DNA from: Dimorphilus gyrociliatus
Lineage: Eukaryota > Animalia > Annelida
DNA length: 64,000 bases
Direction of reading: 5' to 3'
Assembly (NCBI GenBank): GCA_904063045.1
Contig: CAJFCJ010000002.1
Location: 1,882,422-1,946,421 of the forward strand
Part shown: one piece after another, positions 52,996 through 64,000 of the stretch
Numbering within the stretch: the stretch's first letter is position 1
How the letters are laid out: each line of letters opens with the position of its first letter
Notes under the pieces: generated by a model
The model's database searches: none
What the model was told of the DNA's origin: nothing
Seen by the model: the letters and a program-made list of their open reading frames with translations, nothing else
Position numbers and translations under genes: made by a program

Positions 52996-53913
52996 ATTTT
53001 ATGGTTTGTTTAATATCTTCTGCAAAGTTTTCTGATCATTCTGTTTATTTGTTGTGACATAAATGTAAAGTTGAATATTATTTTCTGGTTACGATGTGTT
53101 TCAATGAAGTTCAATTCTATTATTCTTTCAGGAAGTATTTTTCGACTCTATTTTCTATTGTAAATTGTGCTTTCAATTATTCTTTAAGCTTTTATATAGC
53201 TGACCTACGGAAGTTTTATCTATGGTTTCTGTTTATCTCTAAGTATTTTATGCATTAAAATGCTGTACAAAATTTATATTTTTCACTTGTTCAACCTTTA
53301 TGTTGAATAAAGGCAATATTCTTTAAATAGTATATTTAAAAATGTTTTTATAGTCATATTTTATGATTAAGTATTTCTGTTTTCGACGTAACTTATGGAA
53401 ATAGAAATATGAGTAATCTTTATGAATTACTTATTTAGTTCATATAACAAAGTAATTCTGATGTAATTCTACATGAGATGATCGATATTATTATTCGAAA
53501 TATTGCGACATCGCACCTACGAAATACGTAGTTGGAAAGAAACAACTTTTTTCTGTACAAACTATTTTTATCAAAAATAAAGAGTTAGCTCTAATTTTAG
53601 GATGAAAACAGTAAATTTATTTCCATTATTGTTCAAAATCTAGTCTTTATCATATTAGAGGTCTGCTCTCACTTTGTAGAATTGATTATCTAAATGGAAG
53701 GGAAGAGTACATTGCATGCATGATTTGACATTAACTAGATATTAATATATATTCCATTTTTGTTATATTTGGATTAGAAATATTGCTAGATTTTATTCTT
53801 GTAGTAAATTTCACCATTTTAATAATATTTCATAAGATAAAGCCCCAGCTGTATTAGTTTTTTAATAACAGTTTTCCAGAAGTTTAGCTAAAATTTATGA
53901 GTGTTTTGCCGTT

Positions 53914-55574
53914 ATGTCAAATTTACAAAAACATCTTCAAACTAAGTTATTACCCTCGAAGGGTTTAAGTAAACCACCCGGTGGACGCAGGTAACTTATT
54001 AATTATAGTTTTTATGTATATGGCTACCTCGACCGGTTTATTATAACAACTATATCTTAAGAAACTTATCTTTGTTAGACCCTCTCCTGAGCGATGTTAT
54101 AGTAGATGAATTTTTCTATTAATGAAAAACTCAAGACGCTTATACTTAAGCTAGTTTTTCCTTCAGAGGTCCCATGAAAAGAGATTATACACCATCAAAA
54201 TGGAATGATTACTTTGATCGCAAAGAAGATGTTAGCGTTGGTGACGATGTAAATCTTCCTTACTCGAATTTATTTAATCTCTGAATGATTATTTGATTTT
54301 GCCAGGTATTTCGGATTTATCTAGCTGGATCTGAAGGTCCTGCATGTGTATTCCTACACGGTGGTGGATATAGTGGACTCTCTTGGGCCGTTCTTACAGT
54401 AAGACAGTAGCAACCATGATTGAACGTTAAAGTTTTCTATTAAAAGTTATTTCTTTATTAGAAAGATCTGATTTCAAGTGTAAGGTGTAGGGTCGTGGCT
54501 ATAGATCTTAGGGGACATGGTAAGGTTAAAGTTAGTTTTTAAATCATTTCTCTATGCAAAATATATTCAAATTAGGTGACTCCAAAGCCGAAGACGAAGA
54601 TGATTTATCTGCAGAAACACTATCAAGGTATATTTCTTTATAAGTGCTTTAGATTTAATATATCTATATTTATGTAATTTACTCTTTAGGGACGTTGGTA
54701 ATGTGTTAAATGCATTTTATAAAGATGAGATACCTCCTATTGTATTGATTGGGCATAGGTTTGTTCAAACTTCTATACATAGCACTTTTCATATACATTA
54801 ATCTTTATCATAATAGTATGGGTGGTGCTATTGCTGTTCATGCGGCTGTGAATAATCACATACCTAATTTGGTTGGTTTATGCGTTATTGATGTTGTGGA
54901 AGGAACAGCTATGGATGCTTTAAGTCACATGCAAGGTGTTTTGAGGGGACGACCAAAAACATTCAAATCCTTAGAGTATGCCATTGAGTGGTGGTCAGTA
55001 TATTAATGCACGTTTGGAGAGGCTTTAATAAATACTAAATTTAATAACTGTTGTAGTGTAAGAACCGGTCAAGTGCGAAATGTAGAATCAGCAAAGGTTT
55101 CAATGGTTGGTCAAGTTTTGAGGTATATATTCTGTCCTACATTCATGACGAACATATGTTATTGCTTATATAAAATACTTTTTTAGAGCCGATACACATG
55201 AAACAGCTACAGAAGAATTGGAGCACTCTTCAGACGTAATTCAAGAAGAGCCTATAAACGAAATTCAACAGGAAGAAACTGAAGCCACTTCCCAGACACA
55301 TCACTACATATGGCGAATTGATCTCTCTAAAAGTGAAAAGTTTTGGAAAGGATGGTTTGAAGGCTTATCACAAAAATTTTTATCCGTTTCCGTTCCAAAA
55401 GTACTATTACTCGCAAACACGGACAGGCTTGATAGAGATTTAACGCTTGGCCAAATGCAAGGAAAATTTCAAATGCAAGTTTTAATGCATTGTGGTCACG
55501 TTATTCACGAAGATAATCCAGATAAGGTTGCAGAAACTTTGGCTGCGTTTCTAACGAGACATAAATTTTGCTAA
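53914..55574 (+). CDS. PPME1: Protein phosphatase methylesterase 1
   Basis: FLHGGGYSGLSWAV, AIDLRGHG, nucleophile elbow IGH|SMGGAIAVH, IDVVEGTAMDAL, LLANTDRLDRDLTLGQMQGKFQMQVL and CGHVIHED. Confidence 0.96.
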
Positions 55575-55916
55575 TAACTCCATTTAAGATAAAGCATTGA
55601 ATACCCCCTTCCCACTCTCTGATTTTGGACAATTTTATATATTTAATTATAAAATCTTTTCAAACTATCAACGAGAAATTGTATTGCGCATTGCACCTAA
55701 AAGATAAAAAAATAAATTATAAAAGAATGTGAGACAGTGTTCTAACAAAAAAAAAAACTAAAGTCTTTAATTATTCGACATAAGATCGTCGGTTGAATAA
55801 ACATTCTCTTTAGAATCGTCGAGGCTGCAGTCAAAAGGAAAAAATAATCATAAATTTAAATAAAAATGGGTGCTGTGCAAACTGAATTATAAATATAAAT
55901 AAATTAATAACAATAA

Positions 55917-58900
55917 CTACTTTTTAACACTTTTATCAAATTGACGCTTCCTTTCTCTTGTTAGGTGATTGGCGATCTAGAAATTATTTAAGCAGTATAT
56001 CAATTATGTATATTTTATAGTAAAGTAGTTACAATCTTTATGAATACCTGCATTGAAGTACGCTTAGCCCTGTTTTCAGCTTCTCTTACACGATCTTCCA
56101 TATTTTTAATATTACGACTATATTCGGATATTAAACTTTCAGTCTGTAAAAGCAAATTAGAAATATTCTAATATATGTCGTATTAATTCTTAAAACTGAC
56201 CTCCATTGCCTTATCTTTACTGTCTTTGAGAAGGCGTTTTAACTCTTCATTCCTAATTTTTTCTCTAGACATGTCCTCCCTTAGATCCTTGACCTTTAAT
56301 TCATATTTTCTAGATATAGTTTCACACTCTTCTTTCCACCTAAATGGATTATTTACGACAATTAATACAAATTTTAATAGTGTAAAGTAATGTAAGAAAA
56401 GAGATTATAAAAAAGTAAGATTAATATATATTAATCTTGTGACTTCAATGTGAAAGTTTGTAAGAGAATATTAAAATTTTCGTTTACATTTCATCAAATA
56501 TTTTTGTTGGAAACTGTCAAAGTTTTTTATTCAATGAAATTGAGATAGACTTATTAAATTTGTACGCAAACCTGGCACTCATCTTTTGTTGAGCAGTAAG
56601 CATATTTCTTAAATCTTTCATAGCATTCCGATGTTCGTCTTCGGATGTATGAATTCTTATTTCAAATTCTTCAATTTTTAGTTTTAAGTCTTTTTCAGCA
56701 CATGTAAGCTTTGAATATTGAATAAAGAATTTAAAAAAGATTAAATTAGAGATTTAGAGCAATGCTTTAACTGATTGAATTGATTCTCACTTCTTTTTGT
56801 AATTTCCTACATGCTGAGTCTCTCTCCGAACTTAACGATGAACACCTTCTCTTCAAATCATCTACTTGTTCCAAGAGTTTTACTCTATCGTCATTAACTA
56901 AGTCAAAATCAATCTTTAATTTATTAAAGTGACCATTTAATTGTTCGAGTTCACGTTGAACTTGTTCTTTTTCTTGTTTAAATTGAACTTCGTTGCGTTT
57001 CAACTGATTTTTAAAAGACTCTGCTTTTATTGTTGCTTCGTCCCTTAGGCGTTCGGCTTCGCAAGCCCTTCTATTTAATTCTTGTAAAGCTCCTGTGTCC
57101 TTAGAGCCTTGAATACGACCTTCTTGATATAACTTATCTAACTCAGCTTCAACGGCCCTCTTTTCTCTAATAGACCTCTCTAATTGAGCCGTTTTCTCTG
57201 CATTTTCAATCTCTAGAGCTTTCAAATCCTCATTCATTCTATTCAACTTTTGAATATATTCATTCTTTATCAGATCAACTTCCTTAACAGTTCTAGCACC
57301 TGCTTCATCTACAAGTTTATCAAAAGCATATTTTAATCTTTCAATTTCTTCTAAGAGCTGTTTTTCACGCATAAGGGATTGATCTCTCTCCAATATGGCA
57401 TTTTCTACAAGAGAAACTCCTTCCTTCATGTGAGTAGATGTTTCTAAGTCCTTATTAAGTCTCTCCGAGCTAGAAAGTGAGTAATGTAAAGTATAAAAGT
57501 CCTCCATTCTGCGCTAATTGTGTACATACCTTAATTTTTCGAATCTTAAAATTCTATCTTCTAGGAAACCTTTTTCAGACCTCAATTGCTCATTGGCTTC
57601 CAAAGACTTTTGAAGGCTAATCAAAAGAAAAGCGAACGTTATGACTATCAATGTTTTATTAATTTATCTTTGAAAATTTCAAACAAATTATACTAAAGTG
57701 GGAAGTGCTTACCTTTCTTCAAGGGCTGATATCTGCTTCTTAAGCTCATGGGAAATACTATCCGAAGGCTCAGTCTGAAATTTACGAGAAATAACTACTC
57801 CTTTCGTATTAGGAATGTATATGAACATGTCACCACGTGGAAGACAATGGCGAATAGCGCATAATTTTACGTCCCCAGTTCAATGTTTTAATTATTTAGC
57901 ATATTCGCTATTGTCTCTATAACAAACAAGCGCGTACATGTTTTACAGTTCAGTTATAATTAAGTTAATTTAGATAGGAGTTGAAAGAAAACGAGTACAA
58001 ACTTTAAAATATTGGGAGATCATGCTAAACTACCCGGCAAAAACGCGGGGCTAGAAAAGATATGAATCGATTACCTTTTTCCCGATTTATATATCAATCG
58101 ACTTATCGATTCAACATGCTTTTAACAAACTAGGCTATATATTTATTCAATATTAATTTAATCTCTTAAGTAGACTACTTATTCCAGAATAATTATTTAT
58201 ATTCCTTTAAGAAATATAGTAGTAATATAATAATTATTTGTTAGTGCAATGTTTTTCTTCTTTTCTTTTAAACTGTCTATTGAAATCTTATACATCACGT
58301 GACATCTTCTTGTTTGACACCCCTAATAGTCGATACAAACGCAATTTGCTCATATAATGGAGTTCAAAAGTATAAATCTATAATAATAAAAGTTATACGC
58401 AAGATGGCGTAATACTAGCTGAATTCTTTCTCTTAGAGTTCGTTTAAGATTTCTCACATGCGATATTTTTTAACAATTTAACGAAAATGAGGAATAAAGT
58501 GAATTTATACTTACATTATGAGGCATTGAAAATTTTTGCACGCTATGGCATCTGTTTTCGAAGCCAGAACTTCTGAAAAAATGATTCTCGGATTTAGACT
58601 TTTCCAATTCAATCTGCAATCTATTGATTTCAGCGTGTAATTCGGCAACAGTCTCTGTATATTGGTCTTTTAACTGTCTGGCTTGCTGATCAAGAGCTCT
58701 TATCTTAGGATGATATTGATGGGCCTTAAAATAAAGATATAAATATTATTTGTATTATTAGGGCTATAACTTGATAAGACAAACTTACTTTTAGTTTAAC
58801 TTCTAATCTATCCACTTCTAATTTTTCTAATTGCCACATTTCAATTGCACTTTCTTTCTCCTGAAAATTTATTGTTAGTTAGTTAACATCCGTGTTTGTA

Positions 58901-60008
58901 ATTTGATTCGAAATTGTTAACCTTTTGGAGAAGTTGGAGTTGAGTTTGTAGATTAAGTAATATTTGATCTTCTGAAAGCGTATCTTTTTCATGAACAGGA
59001 TGAATATCTAATTGATTTTGCATTGATTCTCTAAGTTCACGATGAAGCCTCTGATTTTCTGCGATTAGACGATGAACTTCCGTCTGTAAGTCGTCTACCC
59101 TAGACTGAACGTAAAAATTGAATGCTTCATTTAAGAGTATTGTTAAAATTCAATAATTGTTTAAGCGAACAATGCCCAATCATTAAAACTATCAAGGGAT
59201 TTTTTGTTTCATCAAAAAACTTACATCCATAGTTATACTGTTAACGATTGATGAATCTCGAATAATACTTTATTTATAAAGTACTCTACCTGCAAGGTGG
59301 AAGTTTCCTGTTTTGCCATCGCCATTTGGGTGTCATATTCAAAAAGAAGAGGAGCGAGGTGACTGTTTATAAATATATATAATTTTATAGTCACATATCG
59401 AAACTTTAAAGATCATAAATATGTTATGGGCTTCAAAAGTAAGTCGATTAATCTTATTAAGATTTGTAAAAGTTTAATCATTATTTTTAAAATTGTAATT
59501 TAATCATTTCTAATATTAATAATGAAAGTTACTATAAATCCTAATTGTTCATAAATAAAAGTTCAGTGGATTTGACTAGTGGATTAAAAACGTTCCAACT
59601 TCTATCATTGATTATATTTGTAGTACTAATTTTTAAATAATAGATGAAAACTGGTATTTTGTTGCCATTGACAACTGGCTTGTCATAATCGTTTGTTTCT
59701 TTGTTTAAGAGATGTAAATTAAAATATTACGCTTTATCCGTTAGCCATGGTGGAGTAGGTCCTTCAGGTAACGAATTCTATGTAAAGAAAGTAGGCGATG
59801 TTATAAAAAATTATATTCTTAATATTCCAAACTCAACTTACGTCATTCCCAAATCCAATCGGAGGATACTTTTCTTGATACTTTGATAATTCATGATTTA
59901 ATCTCTTAACTATTTAGAAGAATGGAAACTATAGAACCATACAAGTTGTAGCACGTCTAAAAACAACTTACTCTGATCATTTAAAAAAGCTACATCAGGT
60001 GATGACAT
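55917..60008 (-). CDS. SCLT1: Sodium channel and clathrin linker 1 (centriolar distal appendage coiled-coil protein)
   Basis: MSSPDVAFLNDQ|IKRLNHELSKYQ, HLAPLLFEYD, LIAENQRLHREL, KTAQLERSIREKRAVEAELDKLYQEG and VREAENRA parallel SCLT1; splice phases check. Confidence 0.85.
59661..59675. promoter_or_regulatory. RFX X-box in SCLT1 intron 3
   Basis: GTTGCCATTGACAAC is close to the canonical GTTGCCATGGCAAC and sits in a ciliary gene. Confidence 0.55.
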
Positions 60009-60294
60009 TCTGAATGGTTCAAAGATACTTTCAATTTAAATTCTATATTAATAATTTTGCTTTGATTAGTTATCTACTAATCGATCAAAATAATTATTCG
60101 GTTTTTTGTTTCAAATTTAATATAAAGATCGCCATATTGTAAACATATTGCAACGTCAGGTCCGCGCCAAAATATTCGTTCTTACTAAAAGATGGGTCGA
60201 AGATTTTTAATCAAATATCTATTTTCTATTTTATGTAAAACTGCCTTGGAAAACATAAATAACAAAAAAAATATATGAAATTTCTTAATTTCAG

Positions 60295-63215
60295 AACAAG
60301 ATCAACGACTTAAAAATATGGACAGATAGTATAACAAAGAAAAGATCCGATTTGAATATAGAATCAAATTTTGAGAACGAACAAAAGTTCTTTTACGTCA
60401 TTCAAACTGAATTTCAAAAGCATTTATTAAAAAAATACAATTTTATAATTGAAATAAATGCAATTCACAATATTTCAAGGTTTCACCCTATAATACTAAC
60501 GATAATATGTAATAATTAAAAAATAAACTATCCTTTACTTGTCTCCTAGATTAAAATTCTCACTTTTTGAAATATGCGTATTCACAAATTCTGGTCTAAA
60601 ATCTGGTGCAATATTTTTTACTCATTCAAAAGATTTAGTAGGAATTCAAAGAGGTTACGAAGTAATTATTGAATGGAATGAACAATGGGCTAGAAATGCT
60701 CGTTTAGTAATTATTAATGAGAATAATCAGAATCATTTATTAGCTTTAAGACAAGTTTTTCCAGGTATGTAGTTAATAATCTATATTGTACATTTATAAT
60801 ATTTAATAACCATTATTTGTAAATAGATGCCTTCATTCGAATATCTGAAAATTATACTAATCAAATATGGCAAAAGATGTCAAAGGATAAAAATGTTCAA
60901 AACATATTAAAATCAATTGCAAGATCAGGTTTATAAGTCAATATTCGATGAAATTGAGACTTTTTATTACTTTTTACAGAAAATAAGTGTATTTTGGAAA
61001 ATAATATAAAAAAATTACACTCGCATGATATATGGAAAGATGAGAATTTTCAGAATAATTACAATGATGTCTGGTCAAAAGAAATCGAGGTAGATAAGTA
61101 ATTAACTATATATTTAATATTTTTATATAAGTATTAACCTACAAATAATTAACAGATATGGTGTAAAGCGTACTTACCGAAGGATTGTTCATTACTGTTA
61201 AAAATAACAAACTGCTTACAGAAAAGGGAATTTTTTTCTATAAAACTAACAGCTTCTGCAAATATTTGTATTAGAAGAATTATATTGAATTATCTTCCTA
61301 AAAGTGAAAGAGAGTTAATAACTTTTTAATTTTAACATATACAGTGTATATACATATATATATACTGTATATATACACATGTTTATACAGTTACATAATA
61401 TTACATTCATGTTTTTGTTTCTTTCTTTCGCCAGTTACGTAATGGAAAATTTAAGAATGTCTTTTAGAAATGATAACTATGGTTTTAATTTGCCATTTTA
61501 TCTTAAAAATCGACCAAGATGGTTAATTAAACTTATTATGGAGAAACGAGAGTTTTGTGGTACTATTATTAATAGGATAGACACTACTACAAGGTTTGAA
61601 TTTCTTCACAGAAATATGGTGGAAAGTCAAGTAATTGTATACGTTTTTATTATTATTAGCTAATGATTTATCCGTATCTTTTTCCTATTCAAAGATTTCG
61701 TTTGAAGATGGAGAGATATACTGTTCGTGCGATGATTTTAAAACAAAAACATTCTTTTGTAGACATATTACTTGTGTATTGAGACATAAGTTAACTAATT
61801 GGTCTGATTTAGGAGAATGTATATTGAAGAATCCTATTTTTTATGTTGATATTAATTTAGCCAGCCTAATGTATTGTCCAAAGGTAATGAAACATGTAAT
61901 GAATCAATCAAGAGCTCATTATAGCATTCATACTACATATACAATATAGTATATATAACTATTTAGAGATCTCTTCTATTCTTACAAATAGGTACTCCAG
62001 AGAAAAATGACATCATTAAAGTCCTTGCTGCATAAGAAAAGTATTTTTAATAAGTGTATGAATTCTAGCGACAAAGATTTGTCTAAGCACAATATCACCA
62101 ACTCTTTTTATCGCTGGTTGAATGTTTTCCTTCAGTTAGTTAATAAAATTCTATGTTATACATTTTGTTACAAAAATGTATAAAATATATAATTTTCCAG
62201 TAAATCTGGAGACTATTTTGAAAATACTGAAAGTCTTCTACAAAGTGTTGAAAGTCAAACGGATGGCTTTGAGCAGGATTTTGAGGACGCCCCATTTGAT
62301 CCAATATTTGCAAGTAAAATCAGGATTTAGATTTAATTTTTCAGTAAGGAAGTAATATTCGTGTATCTATCATTAGATCGAAAAACATCTGATTGTAAAG
62401 ATTTGAAGAATAGTGGAGAAGTTACTATTGATGATACTGCATGGGTTACGAATGACCAGTACAAATTATTCAGTTATCATAAGGAAATTCTCATAAAGCG
62501 AAGCGAATTGACAGCAGACGTTATTAATTATGGAATGGGATTGATAAAAAAGCAATTTCCAAATGCAGCTGGGTTATTTAATATTGAGCACGTGTATAAA
62601 TTAGATTTTCCACGTTGTTCTGATAGATTTATTCAGATTCTTCATTGTGGATCACGGAACCATTGGATTGTAGCTTCAAATTATCATAAATTCGGCAAAA
62701 ATCTTATTCATATTTATGATAGTCAACATGATCAAATAAATGAAGATCTAAAGACGCAAATTTGCAATATTTTACATTCAAATTTAAAAACTGTATATTT
62801 TCAATGCTGTTCTGTCCAACAACAGGTAAACTCTACAACTTGCGGTTTATTCTCTTTAGCTTTTACTGTGGATTTGCTAAGAGGAGAGGATGTTATTGAA
62901 ATTGAATATGATGAAAGCGATATGTTTAATCACTTGATTCATTGCCTTAATTTGGGGAAAATTTGCGAATTTCCTAGAAAAACGGGAAAATCGTCTCGAC
63001 CAAAACCGATTCTTTCTGAAGTAAATGTTATTTGCAAGTGTCGGATGCCAAGTAATCGTTACCTAACTTTTAGAGAATCAAATGACGAAGAAAAAGGACT
63101 TGTTGCATGCTTAAAATGTAAAGAACATTTTCATATGGAGTGCGTGGATATCTCAAATGAGAATTTTAAATGTTACTTTTGTGCATTCGATAGATTTAAG
63201 ATTATTAAAGCATAG
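60295..63215 (+). CDS. Mutator(MULE)-transposase-derived protein with SWIM finger, Ulp1/C48-like protease and PHD-like finger; 5' end unresolved
   Basis: About 9 phase-compatible introns. FYVIQTEFQKHLLKKY, LPFYLKNRP and WSDL...NPIFYVD resemble MULE transposases. SWIM CSCDDFKTKTFFCRH; protease NHWIV/IYDS/QQQVNSTTCGLF; PHD-like CKC...CLKCKEHFHMEC...CYFC. Confidence 0.75.
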
Positions 63216-63370
63216 TTTGAAATAAGTTTTAACTACTTTTTACACGTTAACCTATAATAATATTATCGAAAACTACACAGGCTCTCTTATTTCAAGCATT
63301 CTTGAACTAAAACAACTCAAAATATCTAGTAGAAAAGGTAAAGGTTGGTGCACGCCATTATTTAGTAAGT

Positions 63371-63387
63371 CCAATCAGCGCATGCGC
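63371..63387 (+). promoter_or_regulatory. CCAAT box plus NRF1-type palindrome upstream of the last gene
   Basis: CCAATCAGCGCATGCGC lies about 200 bp before the ATG at 63588. Confidence 0.55.
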
Positions 63388-63587
63388 TCCTGTCTTATGG
63401 GGCTGCTATATTTTACATCTTAAAGCTTTATCTTTTTTTATTGTTTTTCTGGGTACTAAACGCTGCTTAAAGCAGCAAGGTTGGTAATAATAAATGTTTT
63501 AAGAATCGATTCACTCAAGATTTCGATTGTAAACATTATACTTACGTAAAACAGAAAAGCAAACATAGAGGGCGATAATAGGACGTA

Positions 63588-64000
63588 ATGAGCACTAAAC
63601 GCCAAATCTCAGCCGAAGAAGGAAAAGCCAGACAAAGCGTTTTTGCCCGTTTAGGTCCGGGAGCCCCAAATCGAGTAAAAGAAATTGAGGTATAGACGTA
63701 ATATGTTAAAATTTGGTAATATCGCAGATTTTTTTTTAGCAAACAAGGTGGGAAAAAGCAATACGAAAAGACGAGAAGAAAGTTAAACTATCGTCCCCCA
63801 GTGCATCTTCCTCATCTCCTAGTCCAAAGGTATGTTCCGTTATTCTGTGATTGCTAATACCATATTATTTAGTAGTTTGAAGCAATTCAATTCTTGCTTT
63901 GCTTGAAAAAGATTGATTATAAATCATATTTCCTTAATGCAACTGTTGACATAAAAGAGTGGAGATTTTAATATAGCACGAGGATTTAATTTTTTCTAAA
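63588..64000 (+). CDS. 5' part of a gene, possibly ZC3H13/Flacc-like; runs off the window
   Basis: Exon 1 MSTKRQISAEEGKARQSVFARLGPGAPNRVKEIE resembles the ZC3H13 N-terminus (RPSVFERLGP). Exon 2 (~63740-63829) is Ser-rich. The SVFxRLG motif also occurs in other RNA-processing proteins. Confidence 0.45.

Noticed and set aside
59701-59886. Plus-strand ORF as a possible start of the MULE-derived gene
   Set aside because: It is the antisense of SCLT1 exons 2-3.
63542-63742. 66-aa minus-strand ORF
   Set aside because: Antisense of the plus-strand exon starting at 63588, which has a proper donor and promoter motifs.

Overview
Gene-dense, AT-rich eukaryotic (animal) DNA with mostly 50-70 nt GT-AG introns; there is no sign of prokaryotic elements. 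The intron size, compaction and gene set (USP, THAP, SPATA6, SZT2) suggest a compact-genome lophotrochozoan such as the annelid Dimorphilus (inference). I reconstructed about 19 protein-coding genes by joining exons by eye: PAK1IP1, a kinase-less activin/BMP type II receptor-like gene, an orphan, MTAP, calcyphosin, ABCD3, AP5M1, a large TSP1-LamG-Ig transmembrane protein, a THAP/C2H2 factor, an intronless acyl-CoA synthetase, NATD1, an intronless orphan, SPATA6, SZT2, a nuclear receptor, a USP, PPME1, SCLT1, a Mutator-transposase-derived gene and the 5' part of a ZC3H13-like gene. Many are arranged head-to-head. The most interesting candidates are: (1) an intron-rich, apparently catalytically dead MULE transposase-SWIM fused to an intact Ulp1-like protease and a PHD finger; (2) a putative TGF-beta type II decoy receptor; (3) a furin-processed TSP1/LamG/Ig receptor with four copies of an unrecognised Cys-Trp helical repeat; (4) a nuclear receptor with an unusual CEACKS P-box; (5) duplicated alternative terminal exons in calcyphosin; (6) a THAP gene whose retained-intron and spliced isoforms each carry an HCF-1-binding motif; (7) a 200-bp inverted-repeat-bounded element in a SZT2 intron. 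Homology calls come from recalled family sequences, not database searches, and splice models are unvalidated.
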